The notes beneath the pieces are model-generated. The model saw only the letters and a program-made list of their open reading frames with translations, was not told the DNA's origin and searched no databases. Shown here piece after piece: positions 63,001 through 64,000 of a stretch of DNA of 64,000 bases; the stretch's first letter is position 1; every line of letters starts with the position of its first letter. Origin of the DNA: Meyerozyma guilliermondii (taxonomy: Eukaryota). Position numbers and translations under genes: made by a program. The DNA lies in contig CP128815.1 of the NCBI GenBank assembly GCA_051546255.1, positions 868,001 through 932,000 of the forward strand, given 5' to 3'.

Positions 63001-63853
63001 ATCACCTAGTGCACTGACAGCTCAATTGCATTCAAGATATGCTCCTCCCCAGAGCTTCAATGCTCCTACCGAGGTAAGCAACGGAAGTGGCTCACCAACC
63101 CCGCTGGTCCATGCTCCTCCAAAAAACCCATATGCTCCAGCTGCAACAAGCTCTACCAATTTGCCAAGAAATCAGTATGCGCCTCTGGTGCCTACTCCTT
63201 CCGTGCAACAACCACAGACGCCTAAGATTGGACATGCCTCAGCTACACCTAGTGGACCATCACCAAATGGACCACCCAAGAACCCATATGCTCCAACTGC
63301 TCAACAAGTCAGTATGTCTCCATCCGGAATGGTTCCACCTCGCACAGGCTCATATGGAGCAGCCCCCAGTGGAGTTACCGCACCACCTCCTCCAAAGGTT
63401 GGTGGTGTCCTCCCTCCTCCTGGTCCAGTTTTGACTCAACCTAGATCCAGAAACGCGAGTGCTGCTGCACCTGTGGAACTTACCCCTCCACCTACTAAGC
63501 CAAAGTACCCAGCTGGAGATCGGTCTCACATACCCGAAAAGTCGATTCAAATCTACACATCATTGGACAGCTTGACGCAGGCAGTGAAACCCAATGTTCC
63601 AGAGCGGTTTATCAAACATGCAGAGGATATGGAGAAACGGTTGAACTTCCTTTACGATCACTTGAATAACGACGACTTGTTGTCAGACGACGCAATTGCT
63701 GAGTTGAAAAAGGTCTGTTCTGCTGTAGAAGCCAAAGACTATGCAACAGCAACTCAATTGAATGTCGATTTCGCTACAAATCACAGCGAGCAGACGGGTA
63801 AATGGTACCCTGGTTTGAAAAGACTCATCAGTATGGCTGAGGCGACATTATAA
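60053..63853 (+). CDS. SEC31: COPII coat subunit
   Basis: WD40 N-terminus (TFAW, GTVAGAVDADFS), QAPAWLKR..SFGFG, Pro-rich region with GWND, KYPAGDRSHIP C-terminal domain; start ATG 60053. Confidence 0.96.
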   Translation: MKIEEISKTSTFAWNNDPLPLLASGTVAGAVDADFSTSSSLEIWDIFSATNSKDPIFSALVDNRFYAIAWSKPSEGRSKGVLAGAFENGTIELWDVQELITSKDLQKASIFKSSAHSGPVKTLQFNPLQEHVLLSGGSNGQIFVWDTKKLSDPVAPGKAMTPMDEISCVSWNNSVSHIFATTGNSGYTSIWDLKSKREVLHLSYSANFSCVAWHPTQSTKLVTATGNDSDALILTWDLKNANAPEKIMRGHKKGILSLDWCKQDPEILISSGKDNATMLWNPIKGEKLGEYPTTANWAFHTRFAPAAPEIFATASFDGKIVIQSLQDTSPPMTSKVTTKNDNDFWNEISTTETQQPVFTVHQAPAWLKRTLSVSFGFGSKLVLISLDSDSHSVVKIQPFVKNGAVLETTSKFSQALKSNDFKDIIEARISDARHSKTDKADWEILLKLSGVGKEGFLKEIVSTEHEQANGKKPDVSSEDGTEPSRKEEGDNDFFEQLGESPIKSIPNFVPEGKFSIDTSDQSEADKTIIKLLLSNKIEDAISACLDQKKLSAALVLALDASPESKAKVRNAYFTNTKGDEIARLIYNASSKNITDIVANADVKSWKEIAAAIAAFSTDESDLSSKITELGDRIVQASENPSTEDRNNAMICYLAGNALEKIASIWLRELPEYEKSLLESPDDDVSTPSDAHFKSLNNFMEKLLAYRSITKANDTLGGPSIEPICNAILEYANLVAGYGQFELADSFLQLLPSDFAGLKTEKDRISRASGTKVQASNTRSTTSKATASRSYGKSPVPGASVPPTLPGNQTFAPAALTPYGGLAGQPAASSVLTPATPSFPSMPQPPQAPVSNRPPIASTPSIYGKPAPVGNPYAPQGATAFNPYKPPAPVAPEPVSAPPPAVSGPPKPAYRQETEGWNDLPDAFKQKTSTRRAAPAAVVSPSLSPALPANNFAPPKRNSAVAGPPPKGSRSSSRTAVPTIPTAASPSALTAQLHSRYAPPQSFNAPTEVSNGSGSPTPLVHAPPKNPYAPAATSSTNLPRNQYAPLVPTPSVQQPQTPKIGHASATPSGPSPNGPPKNPYAPTAQQVSMSPSGMVPPRTGSYGAAPSGVTAPPPPKVGGVLPPPGPVLTQPRSRNASAAAPVELTPPPTKPKYPAGDRSHIPEKSIQIYTSLDSLTQAVKPNVPERFIKHAEDMEKRLNFLYDHLNNDDLLSDDAIAELKKVCSAVEAKDYATATQLNVDFATNHSEQTGKWYPGLKRLISMAEATL

Positions 63854-63917
63854 ACTACGCAATGTGAATACTCATATAGTTGAATATCTTTTCGCTATGT
63901 AACTTTTAAAATGAAAA

Positions 63918-64000
63918 TCATTTGTCATAAAAGACAACTTCGTAGAGTTTTGCTCCACCTATCGATCCATCAGTTGGTTCCGTATCGTGAATTCCAGAAA
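63918..64000 (-). CDS. Possible 3' end of a gene entering from the right edge
   Basis: Open frame ..SGIHDTEPTDGSIGGAKLYEVVFYDK* converging on SEC31; too short to identify. Confidence 0.35.
   Translation of the reverse strand, partial: SGIHDTEPTDGSIGGAKLYEVVFYDK

Noticed and set aside
62380..63520. Pro-rich repeats (PPKNPYAP) in SEC31 as a novel repeat
   Set aside because: This is the known low-complexity proline-rich region of Sec31.
1..64000. Transposons/LTRs, CRISPR arrays, prokaryotic defence systems, rRNA, secondary-metabolite cluster
   Set aside because: No transposase/RT/integrase motifs, repeat-spacer arrays, rRNA sequence or NRPS/PKS genes. The window is eukaryotic housekeeping DNA.

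Overview
Gene-dense (about 43 genes) nuclear DNA from a budding yeast of the CUG-Ser (CTG) clade. CTG codons fall at invariant Ser positions in Gpa1, Lcb2, Doa4 and Rer2, so every CTG-encoded 'L' in the supplied ORF track should be read as Ser. Meyerozyma (guilliermondii-like) is my guess from composition and gene style, not verified. The window is mostly housekeeping genes: HRQ1, DOA4, OCA6, LCB2, DOS2, PCL5, CDC1, GPA1, COR1, RSM7, SDH4, MRP2, RIB5, PRE1, PRP22, EGH1, PRI1, SQT1, RER2, HIS1, RPN5, a GAS/PGA4 gene, APM1, ILV3, PEX4, RPS28, BIM1, PET117, PCL7, RPL34, MMF1, CAF130 and SEC31. It also holds two RTA1-family genes and a few uncharacterised ORFs. I found no transposon, CRISPR array, rRNA or intact tRNA. 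Five spliceosomal introns missed by the ORF track were resolved by hand (MRP2, HIS1, RPL34, MMF1 x2). I cannot support a wholly new multi-gene system here. The best leads are: a single RidA/Mmf1 gene with a mitochondrial presequence, a second in-frame ATG and a C-terminal PTS1 (SRL); two 3-codon uORFs plus Gcn4 sites upstream of PCL5; an isolated Pol III B-box/tRNA 3'-half relic; a Pex4 with a ~270-aa repeat-containing tail; and an Egt2-like lyase tail-to-tail with HIS1. Gene identities come from recalled family motifs, not from database searches.
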